The translations under genes were made by a program, and so were the position numbers. DNA of 63,553 bases, counting the filler, from Atractiella rhizophila (lineage: Eukaryota): NCBI GenBank assembly GCA_021432655.1. It is 3 parts of 3 records of this genome, joined end to end, with 100 filler letters (N's around TTAATTAATTAA, not from the genome) between each part and the next. Parts side by side here need not be neighbours in the genome. Positions count along the whole stretch, not along the records: positions 46,846 to 63,553 come from MU271778.1; 2 more parts are not named here. One strand, 5' to 3'. This document shows positions 51,156 through 63,553 of the stretch, piece by piece. Numbering within the stretch: position 1 is the stretch's first letter; each line of letters starts with the position of its first letter. Under the pieces are notes generated by a model. That model saw only the letters and a list, made by a program, of their open reading frames with translations. It was not told the DNA's origin and ran no database searches.

Positions 51156-52692
51156 TTAATTGGCGAAGTCCCTCCTGCTATTCCACTGCCGAGCCTCCCT
51201 TCCACCAAGTCCTGCCTGACTCCGCGCCTCTCCCGCGTTAGCTATCGGCCGCTCCTGCCTTCCTTCCCTCCTGATCTTCCGATCCTTCTCATCCTTTGAA
51301 AGTTTTGGCTGTGAGCGCGTTTTCGATCTAGTCTTGAATGGAGTGGACATTGGTTTTTGGCCGGGGAAGAGGGGAGTCCCAGTGACTGGACGCTGGTAGC
51401 CTTGAACCTTCAGTAGTTGCTAATTCCCACCACAATGTTTAGCTATATTCTGCGGAAGCAGGCGACAGATGACAAGGATGGAGAACGTACCGGAAATTGA
51501 TCAGGGTCTCGCTTCTCGTCTCTATCCCAACCAAACTTCTTTTGTTCCTCATCCGTCTTCAACATCCTCAAACTATGTCTCCATGTCCGCACAAGAAAAG
51601 CAAGAGCAAGCTCGCCGTAAGAGTACGGTTTTGACAGAGGTTGTTTTCTAGCATCCGTTGGATCCGTAATCACTTCCTTCATCATCGTTTCCATCGAAAC
51701 AACCAGTGGTTTCTTCTCGAACTCGACTTTTGGCACCTCTTTCGTTTTCGGGATGAAGCGAAAGACCCTGATGAGGTGTTGTCGCGTCTCCTCAGAGATA
51801 GCACCCTGGTGGGCCTTTCCCAACCGAGTTAACCTAGGCTCAGCCATTAACCTCTCCACAAGTGCGACCGCCTCTTTCTCCCCAAACTCTCCCTTTTCGA
51901 CCCTCCACAGAAAACCGGTGATCTCTCTCAACTCTTCCTCCCGTCTATCATTCTTCGGATTCCCTGCCCATCCGTATATCATTTCGCGAGCGATGAGACC
52001 GGCGACCTTCTCCCGTTTCAAGTCTTTGGGATTGTCTACCAGTTCAAGAATGGCTCGCGGGGACTGGTCGTGATGGTGTGGAGGTAAGCGATGAAGGCGC
52101 GTGTAGCCAGCTTTCCGAAGGGAGTAGCGGTGAAGGAGTGTTCTGAAAACTTGTGGGAGTGTCGCTTCGTGAGCCTGTGCCGGCGCGAAAGGTCAACATA
52201 AACTCACTCCTGTACCGAAAACTAGCTAGTAAATCTTGCAAATATAAACGACCAAAAGCAGAGCCAAGTGACACTTGCAATTTGTCTGCGGTAGTTACAG
52301 CTTCAACGTTGTAAAGGTAAGCTCGTAGAGAACGGCTTCACCGCAATCATAAGCAACCTTTCTGCCATATTAACCTCGTTCACATGAGGTTACTAACATT
52401 ATGCAGACCACTTCGAAAGCACATAATGATAGAGGAAGCCAACACGTCCTCCAAACCTCAACCCAATGAAAGTATAAAGAAAGCTCACATAAGTCCATTG
52501 AGCAACTTTAACATGCTTGCCCCGTTTTGCTGCAGTCAGAACCTTCTCCACCAGAGGCTGTACCTGCTTTGCCTTTGCTACAGTGGTCGAAATTTGGTCG
52601 TGCATAATGAGGGAAGAAATCATGTTCCGAAATAGCTGTATTCGAGCTGCTGTCGGACGACCAAGTGAGGAGAATGCTACGCGATGTCGCAT
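51156..52692 (-). CDS. MRPL8: Mitochondrial ribosomal protein bL17m (yeast Mrpl8-like) with a long C-terminal extension
   Basis: MRHRVAFSSLGRPTAARIQLFRNMISSLIMHDQISTTVAKAK...RYSLRKAGYTRLHR...AILELVD; intron at 52175-52488. Confidence 0.9.
52280..52407 (-). ncRNA. Candidate intronic H/ACA-like snoRNA
   Basis: Two hairpins (TCTGC/GCAGA with TAACCTC/GAGGTTA; TGCGGT/ACCGCA with AGCTT/AAGCT), ACA just after the second; H box imperfect (AGAAAG). Confidence 0.35.
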
Positions 52693-52886
52693 GGTGCTAT
52701 TACAAGGCAGAAGGGTTACTGTGCAGCCGCAATGGAGAGTGGAATGTCTGCTAGGGGGACAAACAAAAATCTTGAGGGGCTCAAAAGAATAGCCCGAACC
52801 TTCCACACCTGACGGGAGGGATACTTTGCAGCATAGTTAGGTTTGTGAACGTCATACCGTTGAACTGGTTTAGTAGCCTGAGCAAC

Positions 52887-55033
52887 ATGGTCACTACAAC
52901 CCGTCAAGTCCGCACATTTGCGCCACAAACAACGCCTTCAGCCACATCTAATGCACTCAATGATCTTCTGAGATCCGCAGGTCCTGGAACCATCGTTCAT
53001 TTGCTGCCCAATACGACGTATCAGCTGCACTCCCCCATTCGGTTCTTCCATCCCAATCAAGAGTTATCCACATTCTCATATCCGAGAGAATCCGAGTCTT
53101 ACGCGCGCATAGTTGTCGCTGGACCCAACCAATCCGTTGCTCTTGATGTGACTGGGCAGGATGATGCTGTTCTGCGAAACTTGTACATCGAAGGAAATCG
53201 AGAGGAGCTGGGATGGATCGAAGGTGGTGGAGCCCTCGTCATTGTTGGAGGTAATGGCGTGAAGGAACCTACGGTGCAGGATTGCATCTTGAGGGATCCA
53301 AGAGGCTGGAGTTGCCTCCATGCCGTCGATTGGTGCGTTGGAGCTAAGATCTTAAACAATCTAGTCGGACCGGCTGGTCAACCTGCGCCGAAAGGTCCAT
53401 GGGCTGATGGACTGAGCTTGGCTTGCAAGGATGGGCTTGTAGTTGGTAATACTGTTCGTTCCTTCCTTTTCTTTTGAACCTGAGTTGAAGTTGCGTACGC
53501 AGATCATCGATGCTACCGATGGAGGCATAGTGGTCTTCTGTGCGCCAGGGACAATCGTGGCTTCCAACACTGTGGTTTCAAGAACACGGACTCTTCTAGG
53601 AGGTATCAACCTGTTAGTTATTCTGTATCCTTTTTGAGACATGCTGGACGCACAAGCCGAGCAAAGCGTAGATCCCTTTCCTTTTGAGGCCGACTACACA
53701 AATACGCGTGTTCTCAACAATCGGATAGTCACAGAGACATCTGAAGGGTACATCAAACTCGGTATAGGGTTTGTATTTCCTAACCAATACTCTGACCTCT
53801 CATGCTTTTAGCACAGGATTGGCGAGACGTGTTGGGGAGACAATCACAATACTCGCAACTACGGAGGCACAGTAAGCGGCAACATTATTGGGCCAGGTCT
53901 TCCAGCCTGTACATCAGTCAGCTTGATCTCATTACTTTCACTTATAGGGAAGTTCGGCTATGGAATTGCACTCGCTGGATGCCGCGATTTCACAGTTCTC
54001 CACAACACCATCAACCACGACACAACCTTCTGCGGCGATACGGCAGCTCGTCCTACGAACTGCCCACCTGTTCCTTTTCTCAAAACATGGGATCCTGATT
54101 GGGCTTTGGGAGAGTTCCAGCCGGAATTTGTCGAGGGAGAAGTAGGATATTTGATCGGGATCGAGAAGGGGTTCAGCAGGAGTCTCCGATTCCCCGTATG
54201 TCGCCCCTCTTGTTGTTTCGTTGAAGACTAAATCACGTCTAGAATAATTCGCTTCCGTCAGAGGTGAGAGTTCAAGGCGGTTGGCTCGGAATCGAAGATG
54301 GGGAGTTGAAACTCGTCGATCTTTCCCCTGATGGGAAGAGCAATACCGTTTGGTCGACGCGTTCGGAAGGAAAAGTTCAGAATTGGCAGTTCAAAGGCGG
54401 CGTTTTGATTGCGCACAATAAGGAAGGAGAGGCAGTGTGGGATTCGTGGAAGCATGTTTTCGGGCGAAACTCGACACCGGGACATGGAAGAGAGACCTTC
54501 ACGATAGAGAGAGGCAGGCTGATGATTAACGATGCAGCACAAAATGTGATCTGGATGAATAGATACTGTGCGTGTTCGAGTCCTGAATACAATACACTGA
54601 CAGCCGTGCAGTCTTTCCTCTGGGTTGGCGTTTGAATGCCGGTCAGTGGATTGCTCTTCCCTCCTCCACGAGCTTAGTATCTCCCGAATCTGAAACACCA
54701 ACACTCTTGCCTTCCCGTCGTGGTCCTATCTTCTTCACTCTTCTCCCCAATGGTCACTTGGTGCTCCATTTTTCGGTCCATCCATTGCAACCTCGACGGG
54801 AGGAAGTCATTTGGACGCCTCCCAATTGGAAGCAAGTCCAAGCGGACGGGGACTGTTTTTGCTCCTTACAAGGCGATGGCAATCTCGTCATCTACAAAGC
54901 TGGAGAAGCTGTGTGGGCTTCCGGGACCAACGGGGAAGGAGATATTGGGAAAGTGGGGTGCCTTGAAGTCGGCAGGGAAGGGATTATGCTTTCCGCCAAA
55001 GGTGGAGCGAGGTGGAAGAGCTGGGACAAGTAA
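52887..55033 (+). CDS. Right-handed beta-helix (pectin-lyase-like) protein with C-terminal bulb-type lectin domain(s)
   Basis: DPRGWSCLH, WADGLSLAC..VVGNT, DATDGGIVVF..SNTV beta-helix repeats; LQGDGNLVIY...VWASGT (QxDxNxVxY). Confidence 0.8.
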
Positions 55034-55214
55034 CTTTTACACTACTTTTGTTACAAAATCAATTGCTCAAACGTTTCTTCTATTCTACAGCGAGAGAGGT
55101 CAAACTAGGCAGACAAGATCGACGAGGAGGGCATAACATCATAAGTGGCCTAAATGCATAAAACAAAACCTTTGCATACATAACACGATCATATTTGCAT
55201 AATCCACCCCTCAA

Positions 55215-56481
55215 TTAGTAGCGACGCGTAGGTCTTACGTGCGTCGATTGGGTCCTCCTGCGCTGAGCTGCATTAGCGGCGTGGAAAGAAGCCATGACTC
55301 CGGATGAGAGCTTAAGAGGTGCAATCTGTAAGCCTAGACCGTTGCGATTGCCGGGACGGTCTACCTCCTTGATCCATCCAATGTTTCTCTTTTCATGCCA
55401 CATGGCGGGAAAAGAGTCCAGAGTTTCTGGATCTAGTGTGGAAGATGTGGCCACAGACGCAGTTCGTGTTGGTGGAATCAGGCGGATGTCTGGTACGGTT
55501 TTGGGAAAGTAGGATGGTACGGTAGAATTTGAGTAGTGTGATGAGTACGATGAATTCGAAGTCTGAGACTCAGCAACAGAATATGCATCAAAGTCGACAG
55601 CGGTCGATTCATCGAGTCTGAAATATTGCGAGAGTCCCCGAGTACCTGAACTGTACATAGGCGGTGGCGATTCGGGGAGTGGAGGAGGCTGAGGAAGGAG
55701 CGGCGCCTGAGGGAAATCAACCAAGAATCAAAAGAAAGGATAAAGTACTTACCTGTCTCCTAGGAGCATTGGGGGTTTCCCACATAGGAGGAGGGTCAAG
55801 AAATGAGTCAGCATATGAGCTGGTGGATACGTTCCTTCTCCAGGCGGAGCTGCGTGGCGGTTGAGGCGGGAGAGGAGGGAGGGGGAAAGGTGGCGGAGGC
55901 GGTAGGTTCCTATAAGAAGTGGAGGTCTTTGAGGCTTTGCTTCCGGAACTTCCAGCACCAGGAGTGGGAGAGGGCAAATTCTTATAAGACTTGGTAGGAG
56001 GTGGAGGTGACAGATCGTCCCAATGAGAATCGATGGTCTTTGAAGTCTTGCTTGCAGAAAGTCCAGAAACAGGAGTGGGAGAGGCCTTGTTCCGATAGGA
56101 CTTGGTAGGAGAATCTGCGTACGAGGACTTCTTTCGGCCGACACCTGCCAAAGAAGGGATAGAGTCTTTCCTCCATGGATCGATAAGCGAATCCGCTTCT
56201 GTGCTCATCGAGCCATTCTTCCCTCGCTGCACTCCACGGTTTCCCATAGCGGGGAGGTAGGGCTCTGGGTCGAACGAGAATTGCTCGAATGTGGCTTGAA
56301 CATCAGGAAAATAGTCGTATGACTCCTCCGTCGACGATCCTCGCACAGTGTGGACTGAGGGTTCACGGCGAAGCGGCTTCGGGGTGGAGGTGGGGGTGAT
56401 CGTTGAAGCATCGTCATCTTCGTCCTCCTTGGCATATGGAAATGGGTACGGGAAAGTGGATGAATGAGGTGAAGGGATCAT
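55215..56481 (-). CDS. Uncharacterised Pro/Ser-rich protein with an internal repeat
   Basis: Two long minus-strand ORFs joined by an intron (~55712-55752); TKSYRNKASPTP..SKTSKT / TKSYKNLPSPTP..SKASKT. Confidence 0.6.
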
Positions 56482-58323
56482 ATCCGGTATGACATTGGCA
56501 GGATATCCAGGTCGCCTTGGCTGTCGACATCAAAACAATGTTAGCGTCCAGAAACAAACAGCAGAAATGTGGAAACGCACCACATAAATGTGAGGGACTC
56601 CATTCTTCTCATATGGGAAAGGCTCATAGTCTGGATAGAAAGGCTCGACAGACCAGGCAAGTTGTGTACCTGAAAGCGTTCGCTTCCTCGAACTGGCCCA
56701 CATGTTAGCTCCTTCTTAACAAAACAAGTCAAAAAACCGAGAAAACACGTACCCTGACTTCACGAGCTTGGTGGGTGCCCTTCTTAGGCCTTGTCCGTTA
56801 CCTCCCCAAGACATTTACACGTCGTTTAGGATCTCAAACAAAAATAAAGGGAAACTGCGGAATCAAAAAGCGAAAATTGCGAAAACAAAATCTTAAGGAA
56901 CAACAAGGATATCCTTTTGCTAAGAAATAAAATATTTGAAAATTTTGGATAGTGTAAAGATAATGCCAGAAGGGGCGGTAAAAAGCAGATTTATCGCAAA
57001 AAATTGAACAAGTGGTGGCAAGCAAACGTTTATTTTATACGCAAAGAATGGTGAATAACAATTCTTTGAGGATATCTCGAGGGTACGCTCGTACTCGTTA
57101 TGCTGTGAGATGGGGGCACTGTGGTGACTTTGTGCGGGGAGCAGAGAAGGAGCCTCGACCACTTTTATACTTTTTCCAGACCGCCCTTGTTGTTGTGGTA
57201 TCGATACCGATGATTATCAATCAAATGCATCAAGTGTCTCAGACACAACCGCCCGTCAGTGTCTACAAGGCTTCTGTCGCAGAATTTTGTCAACAATAGG
57301 GAGGAAGGTGTCCAATGTCAAATAAAAGTTATGTCTCAGACAGAAATGCCCTCAGTCTCTAAACTCTAGGCTGTGCAAGATGCTTGTAATCGTGTTGTTC
57401 TGAGATGTGCGCACATCGAAGTGCTAAAGCACCAATAAGGTGAGGGCAAATTAACCACATGGCTCGTATTATAGCAGGAATTTATCCAACCAGTCTCCTT
57501 TATTCCATCCCCATTTATTCTCCGCCAGTCTGCACTAACGACTGATGTGTTGTTAAAGTTGTGAGGTTAGGACAGGCTGAATTTGACATATTCATCACAT
57601 TTTAATGAAAAAAGCGAATGCCACGAAAATTATGCTCCGGATAACAGCGAGATCCCTTTTCTCACTGCGGTAGCGCCCGGAACAAGAAGCTAGCAAGGGA
57701 GGAGGTACAAATAACCACTTGCGTCGATGGGTGGTCACATCTGACGCACACCATGCAAGTTGTTCGCAGCGTGCCTCCAGAACTCTTTTTATCGGCTAAT
57801 CAACTGGACAGCGTGATCAACTCGGAGCGTTTGCAGAATAAAAATTACTGCTCGAGGATTTGCACGGTACTGGGAGTAAATGTTAACAATCACAACATAG
57901 GTGTTGGCGGAGGAGGACACACAAGTAGGAAGTGATTCCAAGTCCAAATTTCTTATGATCTGTTGGATTTCAGTCTAATCAGGGGAGGTACAAAAATAAA
58001 TAATAACGCGAACATTTATCCCCATCAGTAGCATTCTAATGCTTGAAGACAATCTTGGGCAATGTGAAAGAATTCGGGAGGGAGAATCGAGATGTTGACA
58101 GGATCCTCGCACCCGCCGCTTCTTGCCAATAGCCCATTATTCTCTCTCTCTTCGCTTCATTTCGCTCGAAACGCTGCACCATATCCTTCAACATCAAGAA
58201 GCTAAAGAATCTTGTCCTGCCGCAAGGTCTGTCTCCATTTCTTAGGGCACGTGACGGGTGACTTTTTCCGTCACAAAGATTCCGCCACCGACAACCACGA
58301 CGAACACAATCCATTTCTCCAAA

Positions 58324-59843
58324 ATGTCCTCTCTCCTCGACAAATCTCTTGACCAAATCGCGCGCCAGAACTCAGCTCGTGATGGAGGCAATAAAAGGTC
58401 CTCATTGGGCGGGCGGGGTTCGCCTTACGCTGTAAGCTTGCCGTGTTTGCGCACAGGCTGTAGAAGAAAGGAACTCAAGCTGATGAGGTACGGTATTGGG
58501 CGGTTACTGTAGAGACCCGCTGCTTCTGGAGCGGAAGATAGTTGGAAACACGACCGGTACGACGGGCCTGGTGCCAGTCAGGATCGAAGTGGAAATGGAA
58601 ATGTGGGTGAGGGAGAAGATGGAATGAAGCCTTCGAGGGTTTTAGCGGTGCAAAATTTGCATTACGAAGTGAGCGAAAGAGAGCTAGAGGTGCGTCATTA
58701 CCTTCGTCATGAGAAGGTGTGTGAAGGAATGGACTTTGATTGTGTTTATTGGGCTAGGCGCTCTTTGGACAAATCGGCCAGATGGAGGTTGCGCCAACGA
58801 TTAAAGTAGGATTTCTCCTCCCTCCCCCTTTCTCCGTCGTTCGAACGTGCACCTCTCTGTTTGCGGTTGGTGGAATGTTGCATGCACCGACGAGTCGAGT
58901 GTTGCCTTTGGTTCGTTTGGTTCGAGAATAGAGCTGATGTTCGCTCCGCTTTCCGTGTATCTAGGTAAGCCTCCCCTATCTATGGTATTTTGAGAAATAA
59001 CATATTTATGGGTTTGATAGTTCGACAGATCCGGAAGGTCTGAAGGGACAGCCACTGTCAAATATGTCAACGTTAAAGATGCTGTTGCAGCGAAGAACGC
59101 ATATGATGGCAAGCTGGCGAAAGGTATCTTTCTCTTCCGAGTTAGGCTTCAATGGTTAATCAACCCGATTCGACAGGCGAACACATTAAGGTGACTTATG
59201 ACCAGCGATTTGTCAACATGCCGGTTATCGAGAACGACTCTTTGCTGAAGAGGGTACAAGGAGCGATGCCGTATGTACTTGGCTCTACCCTGATGCCGTG
59301 TCTCAGTTCGTTACATGACTTAGTGCTCTCCGCAGCAAGTTAGCTGAAAGAAACAATCCTCGTCCTTCCTCTCCTTCCAACAGCACAGGACCTCACCGCA
59401 CCTCTCTTTCTGACCTTCCTTTCCACCCCAAGAATCTCAACCGTCGCGGTGGAGCCGCATCTGCTCCTAGTCGCGGGTTTGGCGGTGGGAGGGGTGACGG
59501 GGGAAGGGGGAGAGGGGACGGGAGGGATGGCGGAAGGGGTAGAGGTAGAGGAAGGGAAGGGAGGCCAGCTATGGGTGCGGCGAAGACTGCAGATGATTTG
59601 GATCGCGAGTTGGAAGAATTCATGAACGCTCCAGCACCAGATGGTCAAGCAAGTGGGGCTGTGGATCAACCTATGGCAGTACGTTACGTGCCATTTTTCT
59701 TGATAGCATTAATGACATGATGATCATAGGCCCCAACAGCGACTATGGATGTCACGCCTGCTGATGGCGGAGTTGGGAATGGGAATGCTCAGAAGAGAGA
59801 TCTAGATGCACCAGAACAGAAGGATGTGGAGATGAACTATTGA
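58324..59843 (+). CDS. Aly/REF-family RRM protein (paralog 1)
   Basis: LDKSLDQI (REF-N), WKHDRY, VQNLHYEVSERELEALF..FDRSGRSEGTA (RRM), RGG tract, KTADDLDRELEEFM (REF-C). Confidence 0.9.
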
Positions 59844-60255
59844 GGAGAAGGGGTCGGTGCTTGAGTACTGTAACGTGGATGGCAATGATGGATGCAAAGG
59901 GTACATGGTTCAGTAATTAATTATTCTGGATGTCAATAACGAATGTCTCCTCTCGTCTTCCGTAAGGGCTCCCTGGCAGACAATAGGATGTTTCAGCCAT
60001 ATTCCTCCAGAAATTGCAATGACCGAGTGTGAGATAAGATCTTCCAGTGCAGCCTACGTCCAAGAGTCCAGCAAGAGGCTAGTCAAAAAGTGAGCCCTAT
60101 TGTCACCTGCTTCATGAAGGATAAAGATGAACCATTGATGATGATGATGAGCAGGTTCTTTGAGTTGAGTCACTGAAATGCCATTGACCCAACGACGACA
60201 AAGGTTGCTTTCTTATCTACATATTCCTTGCCTTAAACTATCTCACTTTTGCACC

Positions 60256-61903
60256 ATGGTGTGTTCTTTATCGTAAAATTGGGAGAAAAACGCCTAAATC
60301 GCACCAATGACAGGTTTCCGGGCTCGATTCCTCCCTCGACCAAATCATCAGCGCGAAAAAGAAGGCTCGCTCTTCCTCCACCGCAAAAGGAGGCAAAGGC
60401 AAACGAGTTGGTCTCTCTCAGTCGCGCAAAGTCTCTGGTGCGGGAAAGAAAACGAAGACTCCCGGAGTCGCGGCCATGGACGTGGATGGTGTCGCCACAT
60501 CCTCTGCTGGGAAGAAGGGTGCCAGGGCTAAGGCTAAGGCTAAGGCGACGGTGAAGGCGGAGGTGAAGGATTTGAAGGGAGAAGGCGTACCTGTAGATAA
60601 GGCGACCAAGATCTTGGTGTCCAATTTGCCACCTGATGTAACGGAGCCTCACATTCGCGTACGTTCTTTTCTCATCTTTGTATACATTGGTGCAAAACAG
60701 GTGGTTAATGCTATCCCTACTGTTGATAACCGCAGGAACTCTTCTCGCAAACCATCGGCCCACTCAAGTCGATCGAATTGGCGTACGATGCGAATGGAAA
60801 GTCAAAAGGAAGCGCCACTGTGGAGTTCAAGAAGCCTGGAGATGCCAACAAGGCTTTTAAGAAGTATAACAAGGTCTTGATTGATCGCAGTGCGTATTCT
60901 CTCTTTTTCTAGGTCCATCATCCTCTCGTCCTCCTTCCAATCTCCCCATCGACGAACGAATCGGAGCCGCCTTGTCCGCGTCTCGTGATTGCTGCTTTTG
61001 CGATGGAATATTGACTATGAAGAAGTCTGCCGTCGTTTACATCCGATACCGACTTTCGAGACGAGTTTGCTCTGACACCATGGGGGGTGATCCTTCACCG
61101 CTTTACGATCACTGTGCTACCTACCTGAAGAGCTTGAGCGCGATAGTCTGTGTATCGCGAAATTTCGAAGACGAACTTTCCGCACAGGAAAGAGTCAAGA
61201 TTGATGCCACTTAGCCATTTCTCTCGATGTCGTGAGCACGTCACTGTTCCCCGATGAGAAGCGATCAGAAGCGGATCTTCAATTGGGATGTCTGCTCAAT
61301 TTCAGGCTTGATGTGGATTGCACGGCGAAATAGGCTGCGGCTGTGGAACAGTGAAAGATGCGAACTGCTCGTGGGAGTTGGAGTGCCGCACATGCCTATT
61401 CGCTGTCCAGTCACATCCTGTCTCTCCCTTCACCTGTTTCCATTTGCCATTTTCGCCTCTCCAAACTCGGCTTATCTCTCTGCCTCCATAAACGTCCAAT
61501 CTGCGACCCAGGATTCTGACGTCTCCTCCCCCTTCTCGTGAAACAGCTCGTCCGATCAAGATTGAGATCCTCTTCGACCCCAACGACATCCCTCGCTCTT
61601 TGGCATCCAGACTGGCACCTCTCCCCGCGAAGAAGCCGGTAGCAAATCAGACAGTGGTGAAGCCTCAGTCAAAATCGACTACGACGTGAGTTTTTCTGCA
61701 CCGTTTGTGGATAAAGATGACGCTGATATGTTGTTGGTTCGTCGGTGGTTAGAGCAAAAGCGACTAAGAAACCGGCTAGGAAGGGAGCTAAGACCGGAAA
61801 AGGGAAGGGTAACGGAGCAAAGCAGGAGAAGAAGACTGTGGAACAGTTGGACCAGGAAATGATGGACTGGGAGAAGGAGCGAACGAATACTGGATCGGCC
61901 TGA
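60256..61903 (+). CDS. YRA1: Yra1/Mlo3/ALYREF mRNA export adaptor (paralog 2); first coding exon is the ATG only; 657-nt intron at 60890-61546
   Basis: LDSSLDQII, ILVSNLPPDVTE..ELFSQTIGPLK...YDANGKSKGSATVEF, RPIKIEILFDP, KKTVEQLDQEMMDW. Confidence 0.9.
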
Positions 61904-62325
61904 TGATCTCCCAAGGTCATTCCCAAGGTCTGGATTCTGCCGTCGACTTCGCTTCATCAAGACACTCCGATTTTTCACCTCTGCCTCCTTCCACCGATCC
62001 AATGTAAAACCCAACGTCACTGGATCCACCAATTGCTCTCCATCTCTTCGTGTTTAGTCAGTTCAAATATACTGTCACTATAATGCTTTGTCGTTTTGTC
62101 GATTCGGATTGCAAAATATGCTGTACAAGACACTTTTGCTATGCTGAGGCCTTAAGGTGTTAACATGTCCCAGGTTCCTCTAACGGCACAATGATATCAA
62201 ACCTCTGAAGATTGTTGACCTTCGCTCCGCACGTGACCTTAAATTTGGTTCAACGCGTCTGTCCGTTCTTTCAAAGTTCAAGCAGCCTCTCCTTTCCACG
62301 TCTTTCCTTGAAGTATCGCTCAAGC

Positions 62326-62655
62326 ATGGTTCGAGCAGTAAAAGGCGTGCTGCTCTCTAGGTAAGGCGACACGATGTCTTTGTTTCCACTCGACTTTGAG
62401 CTCCGAATCACAGTGACTCCGCCGTGAAGCAGCTCCTTCTTCAGATGGACGACGAGCGAGCAGCGCAGGGATACAGCAGATTCGTGATTCACGATTTGGA
62501 CGACAACCACGTTCTGATAAGCGCGGATATGGTGGATTTCATCAAGGACCAGCTGATGCTTGAGGTGCGCCGTTCGTTCTCTGATATCACAATAGGAAGT
62601 CCTTAGGGATGATGGGCAGCTGGAGAAAAATACGTTCCAGTTGACGGATGAATGA
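62326..62655 (+). CDS. TFB5: TFIIH subunit Tfb5 (p8), 3 exons
   Basis: MVRAVKGVLLS/SDSAVKQLLL...FVIHDLDDNHVLI...LE/LEKNTF. Confidence 0.93.
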
Positions 62656-62865
62656 GCATGAGGAAATGCTCAAAAGCACCCATTTGCATGACTTGATTAA
62701 GTGTTGAAACAGCCATCTTGAAGTCAAGTCTAACGGCTGTGATGTAAAGTTATTGTACTGTCACAGTCTGTGATTGCTTCTCAACGCGCCCTTTGCTGCT
62801 AGATTTAGTTTTGGCTCCTTCACAAATGACAAAAGATGGAGGTTGATATGGACGATAATGAGGCT

Positions 62866-63396
62866 TCAAACATCCACAAAGTGCTGTTGCAATCTGTTTG
62901 AGAGCTGCAATGTTTGTTTACCCCCTGCAGCAACAGAAGTGCCTTCTGCATATTTCCCAGTAGGGCACAGGGTAACCGTTCGGGTTCTGCATGGTTCCAG
63001 CATTGTCCCTGCGTTCTGAAGGAGCTGGGATGTCAGAAAGGCTTGAGATTTTTCTATAGTCCATAAGGCTGGGGTCACCTCGCCCCCATATGCTCCTCTC
63101 ATGCTTGGGCACTGTGTCATGATGCTAGATTGAGAGTTCAATGTTGTCTACACCACACCAGCAATACCTCGGCTACAACAGTCGAGATCCTCGTCCCCAC
63201 ACACAACCGAGTTACATAGCCCCTCGGTACTGTCCCCATACCAGGGATTGCATGAATCGCTCAGACCAATGTGTGAATCACCGCTCCAGCTCTCCAGCTG
63301 CCTCATAATTCGCTTTGCCGTCCATTCATTACAAGCAATTCCCGAAGCCCCACATGATGAACACAAACCCAACCTTCTCCCCTTCAATGGATGCAT
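62866..63396 (-). CDS. 3' part of a Cys-rich hypothetical gene, probably extending beyond the window
   Basis: Two adjacent minus-strand ORFs (63148-63396, 62866-63141) with many Cys; no domain recognised. Confidence 0.35.
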
Positions 63397-63553
63397 TTCC
63401 CGGTTGTGTAGGTAGGAATGTGTGCTGTTGCTGTTCAGTTTTTCTCCTAATTGCTGATTAGATTAGATGCTCCATTTCTTTCTCATCATCGCCGTTAATT
63501 GTCCTTTGTGCCTATCGGGTGCTGGGTGAAGTTGCGACCGAAACCGAAGGAAG

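Noticed and set aside
17063..61903. RNA-processing 'cluster' (FAL1, DXO-like, two Aly/REF)
   Set aside because: Spread over 45 kb among unrelated genes; only the Aly/REF pair is truly adjacent.

Overview
Eukaryotic, intron-rich fungal genomic DNA (short GT-AG introns with CTRAC branch points; the gene set suggests a basidiomycete) from a draft assembly with four N gaps. Positions 1 to ~14.5 kb form a degenerate accessory region: repeats, a Gly/Ala-repeat membrane protein, a patatin::Ty1/copia chimera, two fungal-type (FunK1) kinases, a kinase fragment and a decayed NB-ARC/TPR NLR. The rest is mostly housekeeping: MCM-binding protein, eIF4A-III (FAL1), UreF, a secreted intradiol dioxygenase-like protein, a DXO/RAI1-like protein, PEP7/VAC1, a Na+/H+ antiporter, an F-box protein, mitochondrial bL17, a beta-helix/bulb-lectin protein, two tandem Aly/REF (Yra1-type) RRM genes and TFB5. 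The most striking anomaly is ~19.1-21.7 kb. It reads as natural gene-like DNA (LRR motifs, branch points) only when complemented without reversal, most likely an assembly artefact flanking a gap. Other leads are candidate poison/recursive splice sites in mRNA-export genes, intronic structured RNA candidates and a probable pseudo-nuclease. All calls are from manual reading; exon boundaries are approximate unless stated.
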